In this document: piece after piece, positions 50,330 to 62,890 of the stretch
How the letters are laid out: each line of letters opens with the position of its first letter
How positions within the stretch are numbered: position 1 is the stretch's first letter
Assembly: GCF_004010195.1 (NCBI RefSeq)
Contig: NC_057753.1
Span: forward strand, 1,514,023-1,578,022
Length of the DNA stretch: 64,000 nt
From: Chiloscyllium plagiosum
Lineage: Eukaryota
Direction: 5' to 3'
Notes under the pieces: model-generated
Told to the model about the DNA's origin: nothing
The model's database searches: none
What the model saw: only the letters and a program-made list of their open reading frames with translations
Made by a program: the position numbers and the translations under genes

Positions 50330-51240
50330 TCACGACTTAAAACATTTAAACACTAGTGACTGGGGAAATTTGAACAATTTCTTCAGTTGCTGTCTGAATG
50401 AATTCTGGGTCCCTGCATAAATAAATGGATTGATGCAGGAACTCAAAAGCTGAAGCATAAAACCACCTTCCTCAAGAATAAAATTTGATTCGTTGTAATT
50501 CGAACCTGAGAAATACCCGACGTTCAAAATTTGAACATTGAGGAAAGTCAGTAGAACCAACAAATAGGAGAGGAGGAAACTGCCCGAAATGGTGAAGAGT
50601 AAAACAATGGACTTCTTCCGTTTTTCCATCTCTGGATCACTCTGATTCTCTCCATTGCTCCTGGCCCGAAGTCTCCTGCGGGCTCTACTGGCCAATACAA
50701 TGTGCCTGACAGTGAGGGCATTTAGCAGCAAAATCATAATAAATGGAAGACAAGGATTTAAAATTGCTATTATCCAGTCAAATGCAATCCAACTGGGTGA
50801 GGTATAGTATATCGGTTTGGTATTGCAATACCAAGGTACATTGTTCATGATGAAGGAAGGGTCATAAGCAAAGTACAAGGGGATGTTTCTGATACAGCTC
50901 AATGTGCAGGCGGTTATTATAATCACAGCTGCAACGTTTTCATTGCAATATTTTCTTTTCAGTTTCTGGCAACAAATGGCAATGTATCGATCCAAAGTGA
51001 AAGCGACAGTTACCCAGACAGAGGAATCTCTGACTCCATAAAGTAATGCAAGAGTGGCACTACAGACTGGGGTGATGGACAGGAATGTCATTGTGAAATA
51101 AATGCGCACAAGCCGGTTTAATATCACAGCTGTGATAATGACCAGGAGATCCGTCACCGCCATGGAAACCAGGTAATAAGCAATGCATTTGGAAAGACCG
51201 CACCTCTGTCTTGCAAGGATAACAATCACTGAAAGGTTTG
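50330..51240 (-). CDS. GPR139/GPR142-like class A GPCR, copy 3, coding exon 2
   Basis: Open 911-nt exon after the acceptor tttctcatag|CA; DRY, NPFIY and both disulfide cysteines are intact. Confidence 0.92.
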
Positions 51241-52157
51241 CTATGAGAAAGGGATACATGAGATCATCCAAGATTGATGTAGATGAGGAATACACAAACT
51301 AACATTTGGAAATGCACATTTTTTTCGAAACAATTACAAAACAGAAAGAAGTCCACATTTTGCACTGAAAATGTTTCGATTCAACTGCAGAAAAACATCT
51401 TTAACTGGCAGCGAGCAGTCAATTTGTCAGTGTGGCAATACGGACATATTATCAGTTTTGACATTCTTTCCGATTCAATTGCAGTAAACGCAGTCTATTC
51501 TACTTTTGGGAAATTTGCACAGAAAAACGAAAGCAAACATAGCATTAGCAACACAACAGTACAAAATTTCTGAGTTCTGGTGATAATAATAAACCATAAA
51601 AATAGGTGGGATGTGGAGTTGAGAGAGAATTGATGCTGCTCCATGAAAATCATTGCACTAGCAATGTAAACAAGCCATGCATTTGAAAAGGAGAAATGAC
51701 ACTGTCAAAGTGGAGAAAATAAGATAAAAATTAATTGGAAACATTTTGTTGGTGAAATGTAATATTAATGCCATTGAAAGGAAGGGAGATATTCTTACCC
51801 AATGCAATACACTTACCTGACCATAGGGCTGTTCTTTCAATAGAGAAAGAGAGACGACTTATAATGATTTAACCCGAAGGTCATTACGCTTTAGGCAACA
51901 AGAAATGTTGAGAAGGAGAGTCCTTCTTGGTAAACGCAGCTAGTGCAGGTACTGAAGTAAAAACACGCGGTCCAGCCAACTGAGCTAACTGACTCTTTCA
52001 AAATTGCGTACCCCAAATAGACAATTCCAAAGAATTTCACCAAAGTTTATCGGAACTGCAGTATTGATAACTGAGACAAGGGTTAAACTGAGATTAACAA
52101 ATTAAAGAAGATATTAAAAAATACATTCCTATTTAATAACTACTGAATATCCTTTAC

Positions 52158-52227
52158 CTGGAACCCCAATAGCTGCTAGGATTGAATAGTAAATAGAAAA
52201 CACGAGCCCTTTCGGTAATCCATGCAT
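52158..52227 (-). CDS. GPCR copy 3, coding exon 1 (MHGLPKGLVFSIYYSILAAIGVP)
   Basis: ATG at 52227, donor CCAG|GTAAAG; spliced product 326 aa. Confidence 0.88.
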
Positions 52228-52278
52228 TTCTGTGTAAAGCTGCGGTTGCATTTATCACTACAGTAAATTGTAACCACA

Positions 52279-52284
52279 TTTATA
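52279..52284 (-). promoter_or_regulatory. Putative TATA box of GPCR copy 3
   Basis: TATAAA 52 bp upstream of the ATG. Confidence 0.55.
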
Positions 52285-52791
52285 ACTGATTCCAGGCTCC
52301 AGGGATACAATTAAATGCATTGCATGTTTGTAATAATTACTCCAATTGAAACAATCAGGTTAGAGAGTCTTATTCTGAGTTCATCGTCAATTTTTATGGA
52401 TAGAAATTTTATTCCTGGGCTCTGGCACTGCTTCAAAGTCAAGTACTACAAGATGTCATCTCCCTGATGCAAAGAAAATGTAATACAAAATAGGCCATTG
52501 CAAATGCCCACGAGGATACTTTGCGTGAAATACCCTTGTCTTTAAAAAATATATCTTTGACCTGAGATAGTCTATTTTGAAGGAATAAGCTGCCACGTTT
52601 CCTCTCCTGATCATTATTCAGTCCGTGCAATCAGTGATTCGTTCCAAGGTGGGTTCAAGTCCCTCTGAAAGTGTATAAGCACGCTAAAGCAAAGTGTATG
52701 CATGGATTGTGGGCACACCCATTATATTTCCTGCTGCGTTCAAATTGTCAGTTATTTTTGCAGTGAAGACTGGACTACTTGGGAACTGTTA

Positions 52792-52918
52792 TATTATAGG
52801 TATTATAGGTATTATAGGTATATTCCTGATGAAGGGCTTTTGCCCGAAACGTCGATTTTCCTGCTCCTCGGATGCTGCCTGACCTGCTGTGCTTTTCCAG
52901 CACCACTCTAATCCAGAA
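52792..52918 (+). mobile_element. Solo Penelope-type terminal repeat (second family) with hammerhead-like core, preceded by (TATTATAGG)3
   Basis: ttcctgatgaagggcttttgcccgaaacgtcgattttcctgctcctcggatgctgcctgacctgctg; absent from the orthologous promoters at ~11455 and ~29360. Confidence 0.8.
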
Positions 52919-53659
52919 ACGTATATTATATTCCGACATGTCAAGAATATCTTGGTCGGATTCAATTCAGCATGAGCAGGTTAAATTCAGCAGTTGTATC
53001 AGAATTGGTATTTCTTGCTTTCTGCCTATGCATTTATAGTGGGTAAAGGCTGTTCAATGTGATTACATTTAACATAAACTGGTCCAATGCATCTATTGCA
53101 ATCTGTCTGCACAGGCTCATTCTGTAATCTCTTTTTGCAAAAGGACAGAGCCACATCCTCCACAGAGTGCATTTAGTCAGGGCTGAAACATGCAGATGAG
53201 CACAATTCATCTTAATGTCGACAGAAGCGGATCCACAAATTAGTGTCATTGTGACATTATCCAAGTGAAATTGGTTATTAGCATAGTCAAAGCAACTACT
53301 TGTGAATATTTACATTCAGTGATGAAAATTCCAATTCAGTTCTGAAAACAGTTGTATTTGGTGTACACAGGTTCAGTTCAGCATAGCTATATTCCGTGCA
53401 CATAGGGTCAATCGAGTGCACTGTCCTTCATTGTGCTGGATCCACGTCATCAGCGTGACCTTTGGCTTTTGAACAAGATCTATAGCACGGTCAGGAGCAG
53501 GTGAGAGCACTGAGTTTCAAATGATGAGGTGAAATGTGGAGAATTCGCAATGGTTGCATTTTCAACATTTGCAATATGGTGTTTCATTTGAGTGCCTGAA
53601 ATGTACCTGGTAAAGATCTGAGGAGAGAGATGTGAAGGATGGAAATAATAATGTTTTAT

Positions 53660-55000
53660 AATTCGTTTGTGATACTTGGGAATAGCTGGCTGGCCAGCAT
53701 TGATAGCGCATCCTTATTTGCTGTTGAGAAGGTAGTGGTGAGCTTCCTTCTTGAATCGCTACAATCCACTTGACCCACAATGCCGGGAGATGGAGGGGAG
53801 GGGGTGGGTGGGCAATGGATATTCCAGGATTTTGAGCCAACGACTGTGAAGGAACAGTAGTATATTTCTAGTTCAGGGTGGTGAGTGGTTTGGAGGGGAA
53901 ACCGCAGTTGGTGGTGTTCACATGTAGCTGCTGCCCTTGTCCTTCTCGGTGGAAGTCTTCCTGGGTTTGGAAGGTGCTGTGTAAAGACCTTTGGTGAATT
54001 TCTGCAGTGCATCTTGTAGATAGTACACACTGCTGCTACTGAGCGCCGATGTGGAGGGATTGAAGATTTGTAGATGTGGTGCCAGTCAAGTGGTTTGCTT
54101 TGACCTGCATGGTGTCGTGCTTCTTGGATGCTGTTGGTGCTGCACCTATCCAGGAAAGTGGGGAGTATTCCATCATACTCCTGACATATGCCTTGTCGAT
54201 GCTGGATAGACTTTGGGGTGTCAGGAGATGAGTTACTCGCCACAGTATCCCTAGTTTCTGACCTGCTCTTGTCGCCACTGTGTTTATGTAGTGAGTCCAG
54301 TTGAGTTTCTGGTCAATGGTAAACCCAAGGATGTTAACCGTGGGGCATTCAATGATGGCGATACTGTTGAATATCAAGGCACGGTGTTTAGATTGTGTCT
54401 TATTGGTGATGGTCATTGACTAACATTTGTGTCGCACGAATGTTACTTGCCACACATTGGCCCAAGCCTGGATATTGTCTAAAAATTGTTGTATTTGAGC
54501 ACGGACTGTTTCAGTAGCTGAGGAGTTGCGAATGGTGCTGAACATTGTGCAATCATCAGTGAACATCCCTACTTCTGACCTTGACAGAGAGAAGGTAATT
54601 GATGAAGCAGCTGAAGATTGTTGTGCCTGGGACACTACCCTGAGGAATTCTTGCAGAGATGTCCTGGAGCTGAGATGGCTGACCCTCCACAACCCCAACC
54701 ATCTTCTTATGTGCCAGGTCTGACTTTAACCAGCTGAGTGTTTTCCCCCGTTGCCCGTCGATTCCAGATTTGCTGGGTCTCCTTGATGCAATACTTGGTC
54801 AAATGTGGTCTTGACGTCAAGAGTTGTCACTCTCACCTCACTTCTGGAATTCATCTTTTTTTGTCCATGCTTGAAAACAAATCTGTATTGAGATCACGAG
54901 CTGAGTGACCGTGGCGAAACTCAAACTGGGCGTCACTGAGCAGTTTGTTGCTGAGCAGTTGCTGCTTAATAGCACTGTTGATGACTCCTTCCATCACTTT
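53660..55000 (-). mobile_element. Non-LTR retrotransposon RT/3' fragment (RTE-X-like or CR1 group)
   Basis: SEVGMFTDDCTMFSTI...WQVTFVRHKC...NILGFTIDQKLNW...KAYVRSMMEYSPLSW...HRRSVAAVCTIYKMH. Confidence 0.85.
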
Positions 55001-56564
55001 AGGTAAATCCACTGGGTGCTACCCAATTCAGTGCACTCACGATTGATCTGAGCATTGTTATCTTCATTATCCTGCCTTTTGCCCAGAACCCTTGAGCCTC
55101 TTACCAATTAAAAATCTATCTCAGCCTTGAATATGCTTAGTGACACCCCCTTTGCAGCTCTCTGCGGTAATGCACTCCACAAACTCATCACCCTCTGACA
55201 GAAGAAGTTCTTACTTGTTTCTGTCTGAAATGTGGAATATCTTACGCTGAGATTATGTCTTCAAAGGGAAACAACCTCACAACATTTATTCTGTCAATCC
55301 CTCCACGAAAAATACATGTGCTAACACGTTTGCCTTTCATGCTTCTAAACTCCAATGCTTACAGTGCAACCCACTTGACTCTCCTCATGAAACAATTTCT
55401 CCTTGCCTAGAGTCATTGAGTCCTCTCTGGACTGCCTCCAATGGTATTATATCTTACCTTAGATAAATGGACCAAAACTATTCATTTTATTCTCGGTGCA
55501 GTCTAACTAATACCTAATATAGTTTTCACAACACATCCTTATTTCTACTTTCCATTCCCTGAGATAAAAATTAATATTCCAGTTACCTTCCTTATGATGT
55601 CCTGAGCCTTTTTTGATTTATGCACGGAGACCCACAAATGCATTTGTGCTGCAGCTTCCTGGAGTCTTTTTAGATAATAGCATCTCTATTTCTTTGCAAA
55701 ATTTAACTTTCTACACATTTTCCCTCTGCCAAATTTTTGTCGCTCACGTAACCTCTTTGTATTTCTCTGCAGATGTTTTGCGTTAACCCATCGCAAGTTA
55801 TTTTCTCGCTAGTTTTCCTGATAACACTTGCCTCGTTTATAAATACACATTGTAAATAATTGCAGTCGTAGTACTGCTCGCTGTGATACTCCGCTGGGTG
55901 TGGATTGCCATCTGGAAAATATTTCTCCTTACCTAACTCCGTGTTCTATTAACTAGCCAGTTCTCCAACCATATAAATATCCAATCCGCCCACGATGGGC
56001 TCTTGTGAAGTAATTCTATGCTCATGACCATATCAAACACTTCTTGGAAATTCAGAAACATTACATCTATTGGTTCCCCTTTATCCTCCTGCTTGCTGCC
56101 TCCTTAAAGAATTATAATACATTTGATGGGCATGGTATCTATTTTGAAAAAGCCACATTGAATCAACTTGATTATATTATGCATTTCTAAATATTCTGCT
56201 ATTGCATCATTTGTAACAGACTTTAAGATTTATCTAATGACAAATTTTAAGCTAACTGACCTGTTTCTTTCTCTCCCGTTGTGTTTTCCACTCCAAGGAG
56301 TCTTGGAAGTTTGCTTCCATGCATCTATTGTCTCTTTAGTTATGCCTCTGAGTTCCTTGGTTACAACCCATAAGTTGCAGGGGGCCTATCGGATTTCAGC
56401 CCCAATAACTTTTCTGGTGATAATTATTGCATTTATTTCCTCCCCTCCTATTCTCCCTGATGTATTTAGTACTTTAGGAATTCGGTTCATGGTTAATTAC
56501 ATGAAAAGGTGAATTCCGACCCCCTCCCACCCTCCCTGACAACCGTATACCAGGTCTCTTTGTG

Positions 56565-57240
56565 TCATTGAGTCATAGACAGGTGCAGCACGGAAACAGA
56601 CCCTTCGGTCCGTTTGTGCATGCCGACTAGATATCTTAACCTAATGTAATCCCATTTGCCAACACTTGGCCCATACCCCTCTAAACGTTCATATTACTAT
56701 ATCCATCCAGATACTTTTAAAATGCTGTAATTGTAACAGCCTCCATCACTTCCTCTGGCAGCTCAATCCATACACGCACCACCTTCTGCATGAAAACTTT
56801 GCCCCTTAGTTCCCTTTTATATCTTTCCTCTCACACCCTAAACTATGCCTTCTAGTTCTGGACTCTCCCAACCCAGGGGAAAAGTCTTGTCTATTTACCT
56901 TATCCATGCCCCTTATGATTTTATATACCTCTATAAGGTAACCCCTCAGTCTCAGATGCTCCAGGGAAAACAGCTCCTGCCTATTCAGCCTCTCCCGATA
57001 GCTCAAGTCCTCCAACTCTGGCAACATCCTTGTAAATATTTCCTGAACCCTTTCAATTTTCACAACATCCCTCCGATAGGAAGGAGATTACAATTGCACA
57101 CCATATTCAAAAAGTAACCTAACCATAGTGCTGCACAGCTGCAATATGACCTCCTAACCCTGACACTCAGTGCACTGACCAATACAGGAAAGCATACCAA
57201 ACGCCTTCTTGACCAACCTATCTACCTTTGACTCTATCGT
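56565..57240 (-). mobile_element. CR1 LINE 3' fragment
   Basis: KIERVQEIFTRMLPELEDLSYRERL...RGYLIEVYKIIRGMDKV plus tail. Confidence 0.85.
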
Positions 57241-57339
57241 CATAGCCTCATAGAGATGTTCTACATTTTCAGAAGACCCCTTTTCATTCTCACCACTCCT
57301 TCATTTGATGATACATTATTGTAGTAATAATACACCTAC

Positions 57340-60100
57340 ATTTGTGTTACCAAAAGGGCAATTTGGACTCTTGCAAAAGCATGATTATAAAAACAACACA
57401 TCAAAATCCTTAATAATGATCAATGTTCTGTTGACATTAAATGTGAAATAGAGAAGGCAAGCATTAATTCAGTGCAGCCTTTAAAGCAGCACAAGTGAAC
57501 AGGCAAAGGATCGGGAGTAGATCATTCAACCCCTCAAGCCTTTTCGACCATTCAATAAGATCATGTTTGAACTTCATGCCTGCATATCTAACTTCATATG
57601 CCTGCCTTTGGCCAATATGTCTAAATATTATCGGCGAATATAAAAAAATGTCCATCTTGGATGTAAATCCCACAATGAACTTAGCATTGAACACCATTTG
57701 AGGAAGAGAGTTCCAATCTCACTGCTACTCCTTGCATGTAGAAGTGCTTTTTGGCATCTGTCCTGAATGGTCTGGCCTTATTTCTCATCGTTTAGTTCGA
57801 GAGTCTTCAAACAGTGTGAATAGCTTATCTTTATTTATTGTGTCTTTCCCTGTAAATATTTTGGAAACCCTGATGAGATCAGTCCTTAACCTTCTCCATT
57901 TTATGGAGTGAAGACCTAACTTGATTGATGTCTGATCTTAACTGCTGAAGTCTAGGTATCATCTTTGTATGCCTATGGTGAACGCCGTTCAAGCCCAAAA
58001 TATCCTTCCTAAGGCGCAGTGCCCAGATCTACTCACAGTACCCCAAGTGGGGTCAAACTAGGGTTTTGTATAACTGTATCATAACGTCTGAACACCTGTA
58101 GCAATTTAGATATTAAAACTCACATTCTATTGGCGTTTTCGCTATTTTCTGCACCTGTTCATGGGATTTTCAGAGCTATGCCCTTAAAACCCTAAATCTC
58201 AATGGTTATCCACTACATTCATTTTTGTGCCTTGTAAAAGATATCCTGATCTATTTAAAAGTCAGAAATAAATCCGTTTTATAAAGAAAACTAACACATA
58301 CTTCCATCGAGAAAACGTCATCACCCTAAACAGAGGTTCCATGAAGCATGAGGTCATAAGTAATCTGTTGTGTGTTTGTCTCCAACTGTCATTGCATCTC
58401 ACGTGATAGGTGTTATGTGTGATCCGTTGAGATGTTGTAATAACACATTAATTGATATCTTAATGAAATAAAACTGTTCAAGATAAAATAATTCAGTGAA
58501 CAAAGCATTCACTACCCATTATCCATGTCATTTTCCTCCACAGAGTAGCTTGTGCACTCCTGTAGCCTTCAGCTACAGATTTCACGTTCACATGCAAGGA
58601 AGTTATGACCCAGGTTTTTCTAGGTCCCATGTGGCCGTTGAGGAGTATCAAAATGTTCTCTTCTCTCAGCAACCTCTCTCTCACTTTTCAGCATTTCCAA
58701 CCTTTGCAGCCCAGCTTCCCACCTTTGTAATTCCTGCATCACTTTGTTCTGACTTGCTGAATTTTCTGGCTTTCCTGCAAGGTCTGTTTCTCATTCTACC
58801 CCAGCTATCTCTGAACTTTGACCGCCCGACAATCTTCAACGTTCCAGACTGTTGCTCCTTATCTTCGCACTTCATCTCCAATTGCAGGCTGCTTATTTCT
58901 CATTTTGTTTTCTGCTGATAAGCTCGTCAATGATGCTGTCCGTTCTACTACTCTTCTGTTTCTTGTTGTCGTTGTGATTAAATTTTAAATCGAGTTTTGG
59001 TAGTTTTCAAAGTTGAATTTGCCCATCCCTGGAATGAGTTTTCATTGTTGTATTAATAAGGTGAATTCTGTTGTTTGACAATGGATCACCTTGATTGTCA
59101 CGTTGGCTTAATCTGTTGGTCCCAACACTTTTAGACTCAAATCGTTACAGAAAATCTAAGGGCTTTCTTATTCTGATCGGTTTCAGAAGTTGAAAATTGA
59201 ACATAAATGCATTCCCTACAAAACGTGGTTCTACTCATGTGGGACATATCCATGTGTACAGCAGACTGTTAAATCTTGAAGGAGACGTCCACTGTTTCCT
59301 TAACGGAGTCAGAAGCAAAGAAATGCCGAACTGCTGTGATATTAACCACAACCTGGCCTACTGTGCATGATGTCTTCCCACACATGACAGTGGATGCCAG
59401 TACAAATATTCAACAGATGCTGAGCCACCTGAGGCATAGTCGCATTGTGTCATGGACCAGGCCAGACCCCTCAAAATATGTTAAGAAGGTAGTCCAGACC
59501 TTAACCTTATTTTACAGGCAGACATGAAGTGAGGGTTCCACGTGTGATGCAACTGGTGAAACTGCTCGGTGTTAAGCAAAACAGACTTTATTTAAACACT
59601 GTAGTTGAAACATCAACAAAAGAAAACTGAATTTAGAACAACTAAACTGCAGAAAATAACAGACATACAAGTCGGAGAAGCGTGGAACTGCATTTTGGAA
59701 CGAAGATTGAGATTAGACAATTTTAACTGAATAGTACCTTATGTTTGCCTTAAATGCTAAGAGATTAACAAAAATCGTGCAACTTTTAGAGAGAATTGAA
59801 TAATTTTATTCTGCATTATGTTGGGTTTTGGGTAGTGTTGTCGAACAGAGATACCTAGTGGTTCAGGTACATAAATGTTTGAAATTTGCGTCCTAAACAG
59901 ATAGGCTGGTTAACAGCACATTTGCCATGCTTACTTTTATTGCTCAGATCCTTGATTATAGGAGTTGGAACGTCTTGTTGAGATTGTGCAGAACGTCTTG
60001 TGGAATACTGTGTGTCGTTCTGGTCGCCCTGTTATAAGAAGGATGTTATTAATATTACCACGATGTTAACAGAAATAGAAGGTTTGAGTATTAGGAAAAG
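57340..60100. repeat. More diverged partial copy of the cluster unit
   Basis: 57360-59450 parallels 20590-22860 and 42830-46480; 59660-60100 parallels 4190-4640. Confidence 0.65.
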
Positions 60101-60239
60101 CTGGATATGGAGAACAAAAGACAATTCAGCACCGGAATTGGTCCTTTGGCCCTCCGTGCCTGCGCAGACACATTTTTAACTTCTATACTAAAACTGTATT
60201 TACTCATAGCATCCTTATCTAGCTGTTCCCTTTCTATTA

Positions 60240-62475
60240 GAATCATAGAGTCCTGGAAAACGGAGAAAGCTCCTTTAGCCCAACTTGGTCCATACCAATC
60301 AAAATATCCATGAACGTAACCATGAAAGATTTCTATCCATGTACTCGTCTAAATGCCTTCTAAATGTTGTTAATGTATTCACCTCAAGCACTTCTGGCAA
60401 CTCATTCCACATTCTACCATAGGTGAAAAAAAAGTTGCCCACAGTGTTCCCTTTTATTCTTTCCCCATCAACCTTAAAGTGATGCCCCCCGGTCCTGGAT
60501 TCCATGCATCTAACAATCTTATTCACTTCTATATGATCCTCCCTCTGTCTCCTACATTCTGAAGAATAAAATTACCTAGCTTCAGCAACTACTCCCTCTA
60601 ACTCAGAGCCTTGAGTCCTGGCAGCATCCTTGTAAATTTGTTTTATACACCTTTCAGTTTAATAACATCCTTCCCATAGTAAGGTGACCAAAACCGAATA
60701 TAATACTCCTAGTGCGGCCTCACGAACGTCCTCTACAACTGCAACATAACTTGACAACTTCTATACTCAATGCCCTGATGGATAAAGGCCAGTGTGCCAA
60801 AAGCCTTTTTTTACTGTCCTGCGCACCTGTGACTCCACTTTCAGACAACTGCGCAGCTGATCTCCAACGCTCCTGGTTTCCAATTCATTCTTTAGAACCA
60901 TAACATTCACCAGGAAAATCCTGCCTTGATTTAACCTTCCAAAATGCAGGACCTCATGCATACAGGGTCCATATCCCGGGATTCATTTTCTATTCATGTA
61001 GTTGTCAACGTGCTTCTTGAATGCTACTACTATGCCTGCTTCCACCACCTACTCTGCCAGCGCGTTCTATGCACTCATCACACTGCGTGAAAATCTTGCC
61101 TCGCACATCTCCTTTAAATGTCCTCCCCTGCATCTTGAACCTGTGTCCCTAGTAATTGATTCCTCCACCCTACGAAAAGGCTCATACTTTCTACGTTATC
61201 CATGTCATTGATCATCTTATAGACTTCGATCAGGTCGCCCCTTCACCTCCCGGGTTCCAATGAACGCAAACACAGTCTATCCAACCTTTCGTCATCGCTA
61301 AAATTCCCTTATAGCACACAATATCTTACTAATCCTTTGCTATACCCTTCTGGTAGTGTGATGATCAGAACAATACCCAACATTCCAAGTGTGGCTGCAC
61401 TAAAGTTTGGTTATATTAGATTCTCCACAGTGTGGAAACAGGCCCTTCGGCCCAACTAAGCCCACACCGACCCTCCGAAGAGTAACCCACTGATGCACCT
61501 AACACTATGGACAATTTAGCATGGCCAATTCGCCTGACCGGCACATCTTTGGACTGTGGGAGGAGACCGGAGCACCCGAAGGAAACCCACGCAGACATGG
61601 GGAGAACGTGCAAACTCCACACAGACAGTCGCCCAATGCTGGAATCGAACCTGGGACCCTGGCGCTGTGAGACAGCAGTGCTAACCATTGAGCCACCGTG
61701 CCGCCCCAAGAACTTGCCTGACCTTTTCCTCAATGTCCTTCCAATGAAGGCAAACATGCCAGAAGCCTTTTCCACCACATTATCTATCTGTTATGCCACC
61801 TTCAGTGATCTGTGACCTGCACACTCAGCTCGCTGTGCATATCAATCCTCCTAAGCATTCTGCCATTCACTATACAATTTCCACATGTACTTGACTTTTC
61901 AAAACGCATCATCTCACATGTGTTTGGATTGAATTTTACCTGTCAATTTTCTGCTCATGCCTCTAACTGATCTCTATCCTGCTGTAGTTTGACTTTCCTC
62001 CTCTCTATCCGCAACTCCATCAATCATTGTATCATCTGCAAACCTACTAATGAGACAGTTACATTTTCCTTCAAATCATTGGTGTAGAACACGAACAGCA
62101 GAGGTGCCAGCATTGATCCCTGTTGTACACCACTCGTCACAATCCTCCGTTCCGCAAAGCGTCCTTCCTTTGCTACCCACTGTGTCCAACGACAAAGCCA
62201 ACTCTATATCCATCTTACCAGCTCACCCGTGATATCATGGAACTTCACCTTTTTGTACCAGGCTGCCACGAGGGAACTTGTGAAAGGCGTTGCTGAAGTC
62301 CAGGTAGACAACATCAACTATTTCTCCATCATCAGCCATATTCGTTGCCTCCTCAAAAAACTCGCTGAATTCAGTGAGGCACGACCTTCCGTGCACGAAA
62401 CCATTCTGTCTATCGCTAATACGCCCCTTTGCTTCTAAAAGCGTGTAGGTATTATTCATGAGAATCTTTTCCAAA
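60240..62475 (-). mobile_element. Nested antisense CR1 fragments
   Basis: NGFVHGRSCLTEF.EFFEE...DVVYLDFSNAF (62235-62474), EVLHFGRLNQ, WNELPEV and tails. Confidence 0.8.
61417..61706 (-). mobile_element. HE1-like SINE inserted in CR1
   Basis: GGCGGCACGGTGGCTCAATGGTTAGCACTG head, GGTTCGATTCC B box, tail gggcctgtttccacactgtggagaatcta. Confidence 0.88.
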
Positions 62476-62489
62476 TCAGATCTCTACCA

Positions 62490-62890
62490 TTGGGATAATC
62501 TGGGACGTTTTTCCCTGAAATGTAGGTGCTTGAGGCATGACCTTGTAGACGTGTATAAAATCATGAGGTGCGTAGGTAAGGTAAACAATAGAGCTCTTTT
62601 CCTGAATATGAGGGAGTTCAAAGCTGGGGAGGTTGTTTTTATTGCGAGATGAGAAAGATTTTAAAAGGACATGAGCGGCAGTATTTTTACAGAGAGTGTG
62701 TGGAATGAACTGCCAAAGGAAGTGGTGGATGCAGGTTCAGTTATAACTTCTACAACAATTGGATAGGTGCATAGGAAATGTTTGGACGGATTTGGGAATA
62801 ACGCAGGCAGGTGGAATTAGCTTAGTTTGGGAACATGATCAGTGTGGCCTAGTTGAACTGAAGGGCTTGTTTCCATGCTGTATGATTCTT
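62490..62890 (+). mobile_element. CR1 LINE 3' fragment
   Basis: LGRFSL..RCLRHDLVDVYKIMR, WNELPKEVV, 3' UTR gggcttgtttccatgctgtatgattc. Confidence 0.75.

Larger units (their letters stand above)
45500..56560. repeat. Segmental tandem duplication unit 3
   Basis: Colinear with 21900-39000 and 910-13260; boundaries approximate. Confidence 0.85.

Noticed and set aside
61640..61706. tRNA gene (A and B boxes), likewise in the other SINE heads
   Set aside because: These are tRNA-derived SINE 5' regions continuing into SINE core and LINE-like tail; no complete cloverleaf.
62235..62890. Second twin-priming CR1 inversion at the minus/plus switch near 62480
   Set aside because: The minus-strand part extends to its own 3' region near 61000, so two independent insertions are the simpler explanation.
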